DNA from: an uncultured Methanosarcinales archaeon
GTDB lineage: Archaea > Halobacteriota > Methanosarcinia > Methanotrichales > Methanotrichaceae
Direction: 5' to 3'
Assembly (NCBI GenBank): GCA_963843555.1
Contig: CAWJKV010000005.1
Coordinates: forward strand, 64,001 to 128,000
Length of the DNA: 64,000 nt
A program made the position numbers and the translations under genes. The stretch's first letter is position 1, and every line of letters begins with the position of its first letter. Positions 22,501 to 32,696 of the stretch are shown one piece after another. The notes beneath the pieces were generated by a model. It searched no databases, was not told where the DNA came from, and was given only the letters and a program-made list of their open reading frames with translations.

Positions 22501-23784
22501 TTGGGACTTTTAGATGACGCATGCAGAGGCAAATTAACAGAGGAGATGAAGGCGGTAGCTGAGGCCGAAGGCAAAACTCCTGAGTTTATACTTCGAGGCG
22601 TAGCCAGCGGCAGAATTGTGATACCCCGGAGTCCTTACAGATATACGAGACCTGTGGGCATTGGCAAAGGGCTACGCACCAAGGTGAATGCCTCCATCGG
22701 CACCAGCAGCGACATCGTCGATGTGGAGATGGAGGTCGCCAAAGCCCGCGTGGCCGAGGCAAATGGAGCCGATACGCTCATGGAGCTCTCCACGGGAGGA
22801 GACTTTCCAGAGATCAGAAGACGCGTGGTTGAAGCCACGACATTGAGCGTGGGCAGCGTCCCTCTTTACCAGGCCTTTATCGAGGCCATAAGGAAGCACG
22901 GCGCGGGCGTCGATATGCCGGAGGATGACCTCTTCCGGGTGACTGAAGAGCAGGCAAAGCTCGGCACCAACTTCATGGCCATTCATACCGGCATCAACAG
23001 CATCTGCATAGAGCGGCTCCGGCGCCAGGGAGGACGCTTTGGCGGAGTCTGCAGCCGGGGAGGCGCCTTCATGATTGGATGGATGCTGCATAACCAGAAA
23101 GAAAATCCCCTCTACAAGGACTTCGATTATCTCCTCGAGATCCTGAAAGAGCATGAAGTGACTCTCAGTCTGGGAAACGGCCTGCGTGCCGGAGCCGTGC
23201 ACGACTCTACCGACAGGGCCCAGATCCAGGAACTGATAATAAATGCCGAGCTTGCCGATAAGGCTCAAGCCGCAGGCGTTCAGACCATCGTCGAGGGGCC
23301 TGGCCATATCCCCATCGACGAGATCGAAGCCAACGTCAGGGTCATGAAGCGCATGACAGATGAGCGACCCTTCTACATGCTTGGTCCTCTGGTTACTGAC
23401 ATTGCCCCAGGCTACGACCATATCGTGGCGGCGGTGGGGGCAAGCCTTTCCAGCGCCTATGGAGCGGACTTCATCTGTTATGTCACTCCCGCGGAACATC
23501 TGGCGCTTCCCAACGTGGAGGACGTGAGACAGGGAACGATCACGGCAAGGATTGCAGCCCATATTGGAGACATGATCAAGAACAATGATCGTGATCGTGA
23601 CCTGGCCATGGGAAGTGCCAGAAGAGATATGCTCTGGGAAAAGCAGTTCCAGCTCGCCATCGACCCGGAGACGGCAAGGCTTGTCCGGGCAGATAGAACG
23701 CCATACGACGCTGATGTCTGCACTATGTGTGGGGACTACTGTGCCTTGAAAATAATAAAAGAGAGCATAGATCTCGCTCGCTAG
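22501..23784 (+). CDS. thiC: Phosphomethylpyrimidine synthase ThiC family (radical SAM)
   Basis: KVNASIGTS, MELSTGG, SRGG, VEGPGH, GYDHI, YVTPAEHL, CTMCGDYC. Confidence 0.9.
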   Translation: MGLLDDACRGKLTEEMKAVAEAEGKTPEFILRGVASGRIVIPRSPYRYTRPVGIGKGLRTKVNASIGTSSDIVDVEMEVAKARVAEANGADTLMELSTGGDFPEIRRRVVEATTLSVGSVPLYQAFIEAIRKHGAGVDMPEDDLFRVTEEQAKLGTNFMAIHTGINSICIERLRRQGGRFGGVCSRGGAFMIGWMLHNQKENPLYKDFDYLLEILKEHEVTLSLGNGLRAGAVHDSTDRAQIQELIINAELADKAQAAGVQTIVEGPGHIPIDEIEANVRVMKRMTDERPFYMLGPLVTDIAPGYDHIVAAVGASLSSAYGADFICYVTPAEHLALPNVEDVRQGTITARIAAHIGDMIKNNDRDRDLAMGSARRDMLWEKQFQLAIDPETARLVRADRTPYDADVCTMCGDYCALKIIKESIDLAR

Positions 23785-24248
23785 CCAAAGAAGAGACTAT
23801 AGCCGAACTGGAGAACCTCTGTGCTGGAGAGAACGGCCTCCAGCTTGGCTTTAGCCAGCAAACCTTTTCCTTCGAATGTCATCTGGCCTTGCTCTCTCTC
23901 TTGCTGAAAGGTGGCGATGGGATCCTTTGAGCTTCTGATATTGTTTATGGCGCTCTCAGTGGTGGTTATGGTGATAGAGGGATCATTCAGGCCACCAACA
24001 ACAGTTTCATTTATCTTCGCATTCACCATATCCAATCCCACGAGAAATACGCTTCCATCATCCCTGGTAATATCCAGATTGATCTTCTCATCGCCCACGA
24101 TGCCTTTCAAAAGAGCAGGTGCTTTGTCGATATTTTTATTATAGGCATCGACATTTTTTTGCGTTTCTGCCATATCAATTGAAAAAGCATTGGCAAAAGA
24201 TACCAAGAGCATCAAGAAGATTGCCGCGAAAAGGATTGATCGTCTCAT
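23781..24248 (-). CDS. Secreted hypothetical protein (possibly SCP2-like fold)
   Basis: Signal peptide; 155 aa with natural composition. Confidence 0.7.
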   Translation of the reverse strand: MRRSILFAAIFLMLLVSFANAFSIDMAETQKNVDAYNKNIDKAPALLKGIVGDEKINLDITRDDGSVFLVGLDMVNAKINETVVGGLNDPSITITTTESAINNIRSSKDPIATFQQEREQGQMTFEGKGLLAKAKLEAVLSSTEVLQFGYSLFFG

Positions 24249-24363
24249 AATAGGAATTAGATCCTATTGAAATAAATATTTTGCGGCGGTCTCTTCTTGA
24301 TTTTTAGATACCTGAAAACTGGCTAGAGAATCCTTTAAGTACAATCTTTTCAAATAATAGTCT

Positions 24364-25467
24364 ATGGATGTCCTTGTGCTCTGTATTGACCGGGATAACG
24401 ACTTGGGCCGCAAGGGCGGGGTAATAAGCCCTGTTGTGGGCAGAGAGGCCAATATCGATGCCGCACTCCGGCTGGGTATGGCCGATCCGGAGGATTCAGA
24501 CGTCAATACTATATTCGGAGGCATAAAGGCGCTCGATGAATTAATCGCTTCCGGCAAAACTGCGGAGATCGCTTCTCTGGCAGGAGATCTGAAGGTAGGC
24601 CTGATATCGGACAGCAAGCTCGCCGCCCAACTGGAAGATCTGCTGGCACTCCTCCATCCTGAAGGCGTGATCGTGGTCTCAGACGGCGCCGAAGATGAGG
24701 CCATTCTGCCCATAATCCAGTCTCGCGTCAAGGTCAATGGCGTGCGCCGGGTACTGGTCAAACAGAGCCCCAACCTGGAGAGCACCTACTACCTTCTCAA
24801 GCAGGTTTTTAATGATCCCAAGATCAGCCATACCGTCTTCATTCCGCCGGCTTTGGCCTTGCTCATGTTCGCCATCTTCAGCTTGCTCGGCTACCCCAAC
24901 GGCGCTATTGTGGCCATCACTGGGGCAGTAGGCCTTTACCTCCTCTTCCGGGGCCTCGGCCTGGATGACTCCATGGAAGAGGCCAAGCAGACTTTAAGAA
25001 AATCCCTTTATGCCGGGAAGATCGCATTCATAACTTACATTCTGGCAGCCATGCTGGTGGTCATTGCCACCGTCAATGGACTTGCCTATTTCTGGGAGTA
25101 TTTCCATAAACCCATGTTTCCCGGTTACTTCACGCTGATTATGATCTTTCTTTATGAGAGCATCTGGTGGTACATGGCCGCAGCCCTCTGTGTGATTTTG
25201 GGCAGGATCATGGATATGTATCTGGAAGGGATAAGAGACGCTCGCACCATCTCCTATCTGTTCTTCATAGTGGCAACGGGCCTCATCATCTGGTCTGCCA
25301 GCAGCTTTATCCTGGCCAGCGATGCCAACCTGGCGTTCGGTATCGGCGTAGTTGAATCCGTCCAGAAGCTGGCCATATCTGCCATCGGGGCCATCCTCAT
25401 AACCGTTGTCGGTGTCAACATATCCAAGCGCATAGCTACAGAGAAATCCCTTCCGGCCGCCAAATGA
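24364..25467 (+). CDS. DUF373 family membrane protein
   Basis: LVLCIDRDNDLG, DPEDSDVN, VSDGAEDE, VKQS, followed by TM helices. Confidence 0.9.
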   Translation: MDVLVLCIDRDNDLGRKGGVISPVVGREANIDAALRLGMADPEDSDVNTIFGGIKALDELIASGKTAEIASLAGDLKVGLISDSKLAAQLEDLLALLHPEGVIVVSDGAEDEAILPIIQSRVKVNGVRRVLVKQSPNLESTYYLLKQVFNDPKISHTVFIPPALALLMFAIFSLLGYPNGAIVAITGAVGLYLLFRGLGLDDSMEEAKQTLRKSLYAGKIAFITYILAAMLVVIATVNGLAYFWEYFHKPMFPGYFTLIMIFLYESIWWYMAAALCVILGRIMDMYLEGIRDARTISYLFFIVATGLIIWSASSFILASDANLAFGIGVVESVQKLAISAIGAILITVVGVNISKRIATEKSLPAAK

Positions 25468-25473
25468 TCCGCG

Positions 25474-26361
25474 ATGCTCCAGATCCAAGCCTCGGGAGAG
25501 AAGTGCCTGGGCGACTTTACATTTGATTTTTACTGGCAGCACCAGGGCTCAAGACTTGACAGGAATCAAACCGTAAGCGGCATCAGCCTTCGGCAGATAG
25601 TGGAGGCCTTATGCCAGGGCGAGACGATAAGCATTTCAGGTGATGCGGGCAGCCGTCTCGGCTCAAGCCTCGGCGTGGATTTGATCCGGCTGGGGGGAAA
25701 GGGCGGGCCCATTGAGACGACTGGCAGGATTGTGGTGGAGGGCAATGTGGGCCGTCGCATGGGCATAAGCATGTTGCGTGGTTCTATCTATGTCTCGGGC
25801 CGGGTTGAAGCACCACTGGGAAATGTGATCGAGGTTGAAAGCGATCTGACTGGGTATCGAAAGTTCGTCTCGGCCACAGAGGCTCTGGAAAAAGGGATAA
25901 AGGTCCTGGAGCCGAATATTCTGGATGAGCATGGATTGATCATCGAGGACGGCATATTGAGGGATACACTTGGAGCAAGAAACCCCATCGACAAAATAGT
26001 TCGTCTGCAAGGTGATGCAGGAATGAGCACCGGCATACTTATGACCTCCGGCCAAATCGAAGTTTTTGGGGATGCGGATCGCAATACAGGCGTACTCATC
26101 AGAGGCGGCAGAATAGTAGTGAGAGGCAATACAGGGGACTTCACAGGAGCCGAGATGAGAGGAGGCGAAGTTTTCATAGAAGGAGATGCAGGCAGCTTCA
26201 CCTGCGCCCGGATGAGGGGCGGGGCCGTCTATGCCAAAGAGGGCAAGCCTCTGCCGCCCGCCCGGGCGCAACTGCTCAACTCTTCCGAGCAGATCAAAGT
26301 GGCCAGGGTGCTACAGCTCGCCCCTCTCCACGCCATGATGTATCACAAGTTCGGCCTGTAG
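25474..26361 (+). CDS. FwdC/GltB C-terminal-like GXGXG beta-helix protein
   Basis: Repeated GxxMxGGxIxVxGxAG coils in two blocks. Confidence 0.8.
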   Translation: MLQIQASGEKCLGDFTFDFYWQHQGSRLDRNQTVSGISLRQIVEALCQGETISISGDAGSRLGSSLGVDLIRLGGKGGPIETTGRIVVEGNVGRRMGISMLRGSIYVSGRVEAPLGNVIEVESDLTGYRKFVSATEALEKGIKVLEPNILDEHGLIIEDGILRDTLGARNPIDKIVRLQGDAGMSTGILMTSGQIEVFGDADRNTGVLIRGGRIVVRGNTGDFTGAEMRGGEVFIEGDAGSFTCARMRGGAVYAKEGKPLPPARAQLLNSSEQIKVARVLQLAPLHAMMYHKFGL

Positions 26362-26364
26362 CAT

Positions 26365-27474
26365 TCAGTAGATCTCTTCCAGATCCTCAATGTGAGCGAA
26401 GGCATCGTCCAGCTGCTTCCTGGCGCGCGACCTCTTCTCCTTCTCGTCCTGCATGCCTCGAGCGGCCTGGGCATAGATGGATTCCAGCTCCGGCGCGCTG
26501 GCCATGGTGAAGATGGATAGGACCTTGGGATGCCCTTTCTTGACGATAATTCCCTTGAAGACGTGGCCCGCGCTGGCGGAGATCTTCTCTACCTCTTTAG
26601 TGATCTGATCCACATCCAGGTGCTCCCGCGAGCCCTGAATAATAATCATCGCTCTGGCGGCGTCGTCAGTCACATTTGCCGGATAAAGCAAGTTGCCCGG
26701 CTTTAGACTGTTCTCAATGGCGTCCTTGATGGACAGATTCTTGCCGTCTGCCTGATAGAATCCCATGGTGCCTATGCGCAGGCCCCCGTTCATGACCGTC
26801 TTGAAGTCGCCAAGATCTGTTACAGAGAGCATCTCGCTGTCCAGAGATTCGATCAGGAAGAGCAAGCGTTGGGCGATCATGCTGTTGATTTTGTCATAGG
26901 CAGAGGCTATATCTCCGCTGAACCTCTTCATGTACTGGTTGTCCGCCAGAATTATGCCCTCTGCGTCCACCTCCATCAGCTCTCTCATGCTGAAAGCGGC
27001 ATTCTGGAGGTAGATGGAACCCTCCTCCCGGAAGGGCAGGACGGCAACTGTGATGACGGTGATATTTGGATACTGCCTCTTCAATTCGTTTATAAGCAAA
27101 GGTGAGAACGAGGACCCCGTCCCTCCCGAAGTGGAGGTGATCACAAAGGCTATATCGAAATCGCCTCTTTTCTCGATCTCGCCCATGATCATGTCGCGGT
27201 TATCCATAAAGGCTTGCTTGCCCACATTTCTGTTGGCTCCCACGCCATGCAGGTTAGGTACATGCAATCTATCTTTGGCCGTGGTGAACCTCAACTCTTT
27301 AAGGTCATTTTGGGCCGTATTGATGGCCAGGGTTTCCACCCGACTGGGGAACTTGGGGCGCAAACAATATTTGGCAAGCTTTGAGGCCCCGCCTCCTCCA
27401 AAGGACTCTTTATTTATTGAATCCAATATTCGATTCCCGCACTGGCCTACGCCGAGCATGAGTACGTTAAGCAT
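26365..27474 (-). CDS. cetZ: Tubulin/FtsZ superfamily protein, CetZ type
   Basis: GVGQCGNRI, AINTA, GVGANR, SGGTGS, ADN, DLGDFKTV. Confidence 0.85.
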   Translation of the reverse strand: MLNVLMLGVGQCGNRILDSINKESFGGGGASKLAKYCLRPKFPSRVETLAINTAQNDLKELRFTTAKDRLHVPNLHGVGANRNVGKQAFMDNRDMIMGEIEKRGDFDIAFVITSTSGGTGSSFSPLLINELKRQYPNITVITVAVLPFREEGSIYLQNAAFSMRELMEVDAEGIILADNQYMKRFSGDIASAYDKINSMIAQRLLFLIESLDSEMLSVTDLGDFKTVMNGGLRIGTMGFYQADGKNLSIKDAIENSLKPGNLLYPANVTDDAARAMIIIQGSREHLDVDQITKEVEKISASAGHVFKGIIVKKGHPKVLSIFTMASAPELESIYAQAARGMQDEKEKRSRARKQLDDAFAHIEDLEEIY

Positions 27475-27562
27475 GATATCAATCTCTCTTATATTGGAAT
27501 TTTATGTAATTGTGATCCCGATTGAACGGAACTATTCCGATTAGGAAATATTGTCACTCTCT

Positions 27563-28721
27563 TCAATATTTATACTCTTTGTATCTCCTAAACATCCATG
27601 CAATGATAACTATGATTGGGATGATGAGTAGTAGATATTGATATTTATACTCTCGTCCCAGAACGACCACATCTACCGTCCCTTCCTGAGTCATGGCTCC
27701 GTCCCCACCGTCATAACTGGCCTTGAGGCTCACGGTGTAGTTTCCCGGGGCAATTCCTGAAAGCACGGCCGAGTAATTCACCTCTTTTTCTGGCGAGATC
27801 TCAAAGAAGCTCTTGTCAAGCCCGGAGGCCTCCAGGCCCTCGGGGGGCCTGACCTCTCCTTTCACTTCTATCTTGGTTGCGGCCGCCGTTCCCAAGTTAG
27901 AAAGGCTGACGTTCATTGTGCCTTTGCCATCCAAGGGTATCGGTCCAGATGCGGTCAGCTTTATTGCCAGATCCGCTTTGCTTTTTGGACTTATCAAGAC
28001 GTTGAAGGGCTCGGAGCTATTTGATTTGGCGTTCTTCTTCGAGTCTGTGTAGCTGACTTGCATGGCCGGAACCCTAATGGACCCTTCTTTGACTGCACTT
28101 ATCAAATATACTGCTGAATCGGACTCCCCGGGGTCCAGCGTATCCTTGATCTTTGGCGGATAACCGGCGATATAGGAGAACTCCGGGAGAGGCGGTACAT
28201 CTTCGGTTTTTATGTCCATGGCCTGCCCAGTGCCTGTGTTCTTGACAGTGATCGTGGCCTTGACCTCGTCTCCCACGTTCAGCTGGTTCTTGTCGAAACT
28301 CTTTTGCACGGACAAAATAGGTAAATCCCGGGGTGTAGCAGGCTGTTCTGACGCATGCTTCCTGGCTGAGCCCAGGCCCTCTTGGTATTCGACCCTCACC
28401 TTGGCAGACAGTTCGTCCAGGATGTCAGTTACAGTGATGGTGATGCCTCCGTTTTCCGCGCCTCCATCGAAATTATTGGCGCTATTCTCCAGAAAAGCTC
28501 TTTGTTCATCCAGGGCACCACCTACCTTGGAGATCCTCATCACCGCTAATCCCATCTCTTTCCGATTGTATCTCAATGAGTTCCGCCTGATAATCACCAA
28601 CATCAATGCGGTCCCCAATGGTGAGGGTGAAATCCGTATAGGTCACCTCATCATCATCGGTTTCTTGGGCATAGACGGCACCAATACAGGCGGCTGAATC
28701 ATATAGCATAAAAACCGCCAT
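27563..28721 (-). CDS. BatD/DUF11/CARDB Ig-repeat cell-surface protein with C-terminal TM (5' frameshift)
   Basis: SVQKSFDK..VGDEV..TITVKNTG, LDPGES, TM plus basic tail; start uncertain. Confidence 0.7.
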
Positions 28722-28742
28722 ATGGAGATTCCGTCAAATTTG

Positions 28743-29567
28743 CTAATTTGCATCTTTCTCTATCTCCAGGCTTAAATCGATCCATCTCGCATTTCTGGTG
28801 AGAGCACCAAGAGATATCACGTCCACTCCGCTGGCTGCGTATTCTTTTATATTATCCAGGGTTATGCCTCCAGATGCCTCCAGGAGTACTCTGCCACGAT
28901 GACCAATGTTTTGCAGAAGCTCAACTCCGCGGGCAATCTCAGTCGGGGCCATGTTGTCGAACATGATGATATCTGCGCCACCTTCCGCTGCTATAAGCAT
29001 ATCGTCCAGGTTCTCTACCTCCACCTCGATCTTCTTGGTGAAGCTGGCCCGATTACGGGCTCGGCAGAGACATTCCTCCAAACCCAGAATCTTTATGTGA
29101 TTGTCTTTTATGAGCACAGCGTCAGAAAGATTGAACCTGTGGGTATCGCCACCCCCCAGGAAGACTGCCTTCTTCTCGAATACTCTGAATCCGGGGGTGG
29201 TCTTGCGAGTGGCAGCGATGCGCGCGTGGCCGGCGCATAACACGCACTCCCTGGTGAAGGTAGAGATTCCGCTCATTCGCGCCATGAAATTCAGGACAAG
29301 CCTCTCCGATTGCAGGATCTTTCTGGCATTGCCGCATACGGTGATCACCACACTTGCGGCGGGGACGAATTCACCATCATCGTAGAGTCGCTCGGCCACG
29401 AGACCGAAATAATCGAAGATCTCCTCTGCCTCCGCCAGTCCAGAGATAATACAGTCTTCTCTGGCGATGACGGCGGCTCGGGCTGGGATTTCGGGGACGA
29501 GGCTGCTGGAATCATCCCACTCGCCCAAGTCCTCACCCACAAATCGATCCAGCTCAGACCTTAGCAT
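28743..29567 (-). CDS. nadC: Nicotinate-nucleotide pyrophosphorylase (quinolinate phosphoribosyltransferase)
   Basis: TRKTTPG, HRFNLSD, LIKDNH, IEVEVE, MFDN, EASGGI; likely start ATG 29567. Confidence 0.95.
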   Translation of the reverse strand: MLRSELDRFVGEDLGEWDDSSSLVPEIPARAAVIAREDCIISGLAEAEEIFDYFGLVAERLYDDGEFVPAASVVITVCGNARKILQSERLVLNFMARMSGISTFTRECVLCAGHARIAATRKTTPGFRVFEKKAVFLGGGDTHRFNLSDAVLIKDNHIKILGLEECLCRARNRASFTKKIEVEVENLDDMLIAAEGGADIIMFDNMAPTEIARGVELLQNIGHRGRVLLEASGGITLDNIKEYAASGVDVISLGALTRNARWIDLSLEIEKDAN

Positions 29568-29607
29568 ACCGCAAAGATTTTGATGTCCAATTGATTTATA
29601 GCCTCCG

Positions 29608-30445
29608 ATGCCTCTAAGAGTCGGGCTTGTTGGGTGCGGTGCCATTGGAGCCGAGATTGCAAGAGCGATAGATACGGGCGTGATAGACGCAGATCTGGTT
29701 GCAGTATGCGACCACAATCCGGCAACGGCTGAAGCCCTAATAGAAAGCTTGCAGCATAAACCGATCAAGGTCAAACTGGAGGATCTTGTGAACCTCTCCG
29801 ACGTAGTGGTGGAGGCGGCTTCCCAAAAGGCAGTCCCGGCCGTTGCCAGGGCCGTGCTGGCGAAGGGAAAGAAGCTCATGATCATGAGCGTTGGCGCCCT
29901 GGCCAGCCCCGACTTCTTCCAGGAGGTAAAGAACCTGGCCAAAGAGCATGGTTCTCGGGTTTACATTCCATCCGGAGCTATATCGGGACTGGATGGCCTC
30001 AAGTCCGCCAGCATTGGCACCATTCGAAAAGTGGCTCTCACCACCACCAAGAACCCCAGCAGTCTGAAGGGTGCGCCATACATCCTGGAGAAGAAGATCG
30101 ACCTCGATGCCCTGACGGGACCGACAACGATCTTTGCGGGAAGTGCCGCGGAGGCGGTAAGAGCCTTCCCTGCCAATGTGAATGTTGCCGCCACCCTCTA
30201 TCTTGCGGCAGGCGAGAGCGATGTGCGGGTGGTGGTCGTCGCAGATCCAAACATTCATGTAAATCGCCACGAGATCGAGGTGGAGGGCGATTTTGGGAGG
30301 ATCTCAACCCGGGTGGAGAACGTTCCCTCGCCCCGCAACCCCAGGACCAGCTATCTGGCGGCTCTCTCCGCCATCGCCACCATTGAGATCTATTGCGGAA
30401 CCTGTGAAGATCGGAACTTCAAAAAGACCGCATGGATTGCATTGA
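29608..30445 (+). CDS. nadX: L-aspartate dehydrogenase (frameshift near the 3' end)
   Basis: VGCGAIG, VEAAS, MSVGAL, PSGAISGLD, FPANVNVA, NPRTSYLA; typical tail LRSIAEPVKIGT is in another frame. Confidence 0.92.
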
Positions 30446-31542
30446 TCTTCTCTTTCAAGCCCTGCAGCGTCGCGACAAGCTCCGATGTTATCCGTTTCTG
30501 GGTCTCTTTGCCCACTTTTATCTCGATATCCGGAAGTGCAAGAGGCTCTCTGCCTGTCAGATTTGTAAAGAACTCCACCCAGTAAGGGGGCAAATATTCA
30601 GGCAAAGGCTGGCCCCTCATGATACATAAAACGCTCGCCCAGGCCACAGGTACAACTTCCATGTTATATCCGCCCCCACCCAGAGCCAGAAGCCGGTCCC
30701 CTGAATACTGGCCCGCCAGTTCGGTGATGCGATGAACAAGATATGTATAGCCGGAAAGGGTCATATTCAGGCTGGTGAGGGGATCGGAATAATGAGCGTC
30801 CACCCCCAGCTGGGCCACCACAACCTGGGGTTTGAACCATTCAAAGAGGCTGGGAACTATCTCTTCAAAGGCCCGGCAGTATTCGCCGTCTCCCGCATAC
30901 ATGGGCATGGGTATGTTCACACTGTACCCAACCCCGGGACCTGTGCCGATCTCGTCAATAAAACCGGTGCCAGGAAATAGGTATAATCCTGATTCATGCA
31001 GGGAGACGGTTAGGACGTGGGGGTCTTCATAGAAGATTTGCTGCACCCCATCGCCGTGGTGGCCATCGATGTCGATATAAAGAACCCGATCGAATCGCTC
31101 TCTTAAAACGCTGATGGCAAGAGCCGGATCGTCAAAAACGCAAAATCCCGACGCCCTGGAAGGAAATGCATGATGCAGGCCGCCGCCTATATTGAAGGCG
31201 CTGCAGCCCTCCCCGATAATGCGACGAGCGGCGCTGATGCTGGCACCGGCGAGAAGTTGCGATGCATTATAAATCCCGGGGAAGACGGGAGTGTCATCGC
31301 TGCCCAGGCCAAAGGCAAGATCCGGCTCCTCCATTTTTACTGCATCCAAATACTCCTGGGTGTGCACTCGCTGCAGATCAGCTCTCCGAGGCCGGGCCCG
31401 GCTCCATCAGGCAAGTGGATTCGTCCGTCAGGCCCAGCTCTTCTATGAGCCGGCAGGTGAGCATCAAACGAACCGGATTGAAGGGATGCTCCGGGCCGAA
31501 GTTGTAGCACTGGAATTTATCGCTATAATAGAGATAGATCAT
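30390..31542 (-). CDS. AcuC/histone deacetylase family protein (frameshift near 31380)
   Basis: HPFNPVR, GGLHHA, GFCVFDD, DIDGHHGDG, GVDAHYSDPL, GGGGY. Confidence 0.9.
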
Positions 31543-31736
31543 TTATAGCCTTTCTCAACCAGGCCATCGCTCCAATAGTTATCGCAATTCTTGCAGTAGA
31601 AGATGGTCTCAATTATGATCTTCTTCCAATTATCAGCATCCAGGGCCCGCCGGAGCTCCTTTTGATCGCACTCATTGCCGCATTTGGGACAGAAGGGTAC
31701 GTAGTGTTCCAGAACTGCCTGGTCCTCATCAGCCAT
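31539..31736 (-). CDS. Small zinc-ribbon protein
   Basis: CPKC...CKNC; overlaps the start of the deacetylase gene as in an operon. Confidence 0.65.
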   Translation of the reverse strand: MADEDQAVLEHYVPFCPKCGNECDQKELRRALDADNWKKIIIETIFYCKNCDNYWSDGLVEKGYK

Positions 31737-31793
31737 CGAATATTCCTCTTTCTTAGTTTCAGGAGCCGGATAGGGCAAAAAAGCTGTCGGTGA

Positions 31794-32661
31794 TCAGAAA
31801 GGCCGGACGCCGGCAGCGAGGCATCCTGCCAGGAATCCCAGAATCACACCGGAGTTGAGAAAAGGCAGTCCCGCCTGGGGACGATCCCTTGAGGTCGTCG
31901 CTAAAATGAGAAAACCAAGGTATGTGCCCAGCATTGCCCCAATGACGGGCAGGTTCAGACCGAAGCCCAAGGCAGGAAACGACCAGCTGGCTGAAACCAC
32001 CAGGATTGTAGGTATTACGGCATCTCCCAGGCCCAGGAAAAAGGCGCCCCTCTCTTTGGCCTCCGGACGAGGTGGAAATCTCCTGATCTTTGCGGTAGCT
32101 ATACTCCCGGCTCTTGGGCACTACAAAGAGTAGTGGGGCCTTCATTTTTATGACGCCCTCCGCCAGGGAGACCATATGGCGGGTCTTGTAGACGGATATG
32201 GCATCATAGACCGCCAGGACCACTAATAGCAGCAGCGCTGGAAGTATGGCCATGCTCACGCCAAAGAGTGAGCTGATGCCTGCACATACCAGGATTCCAA
32301 AGACGTCTACGATATACCACTCCGGATAGAAACGCAGCAATAGCATTATGGCCAGAGTAGGCACGAGCGCCAGCAAGGGCGGCAAATAGGCCACAATAAC
32401 ATAATAAATGCTGGCGGCAATGGAGAGAAGTATGAAACCGCCAACGACCCATCCCCTCTTCAGTCTCATGGCCAGAAGAAGGAGACCCGTAAACACAAGG
32501 ATAAGGAGCATATAGGCAAAGGGATTGGAGATCGATGTTGGGTCTTCAAAGACCCTGTTGCCGCTGGCAGAGATAGCAGGAGTGATGGCCAGAGCTATTA
32601 TCTGCACTGCCACCACAAAGAGCAACATGACCAGTACCTGAATCTTTGAACTTTCCGACAT
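31794..32661 (-). CDS. Presenilin/SPP family GxGD intramembrane aspartyl protease (frameshift near 32050)
   Basis: LAVYDAISVYKTRHM, FLGLGD and PQAGLPFL motifs. Confidence 0.88.
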
Positions 32662-32696
32662 GTGAGTGGAGTTTTAACTTTAGATCGAGATCGCTA

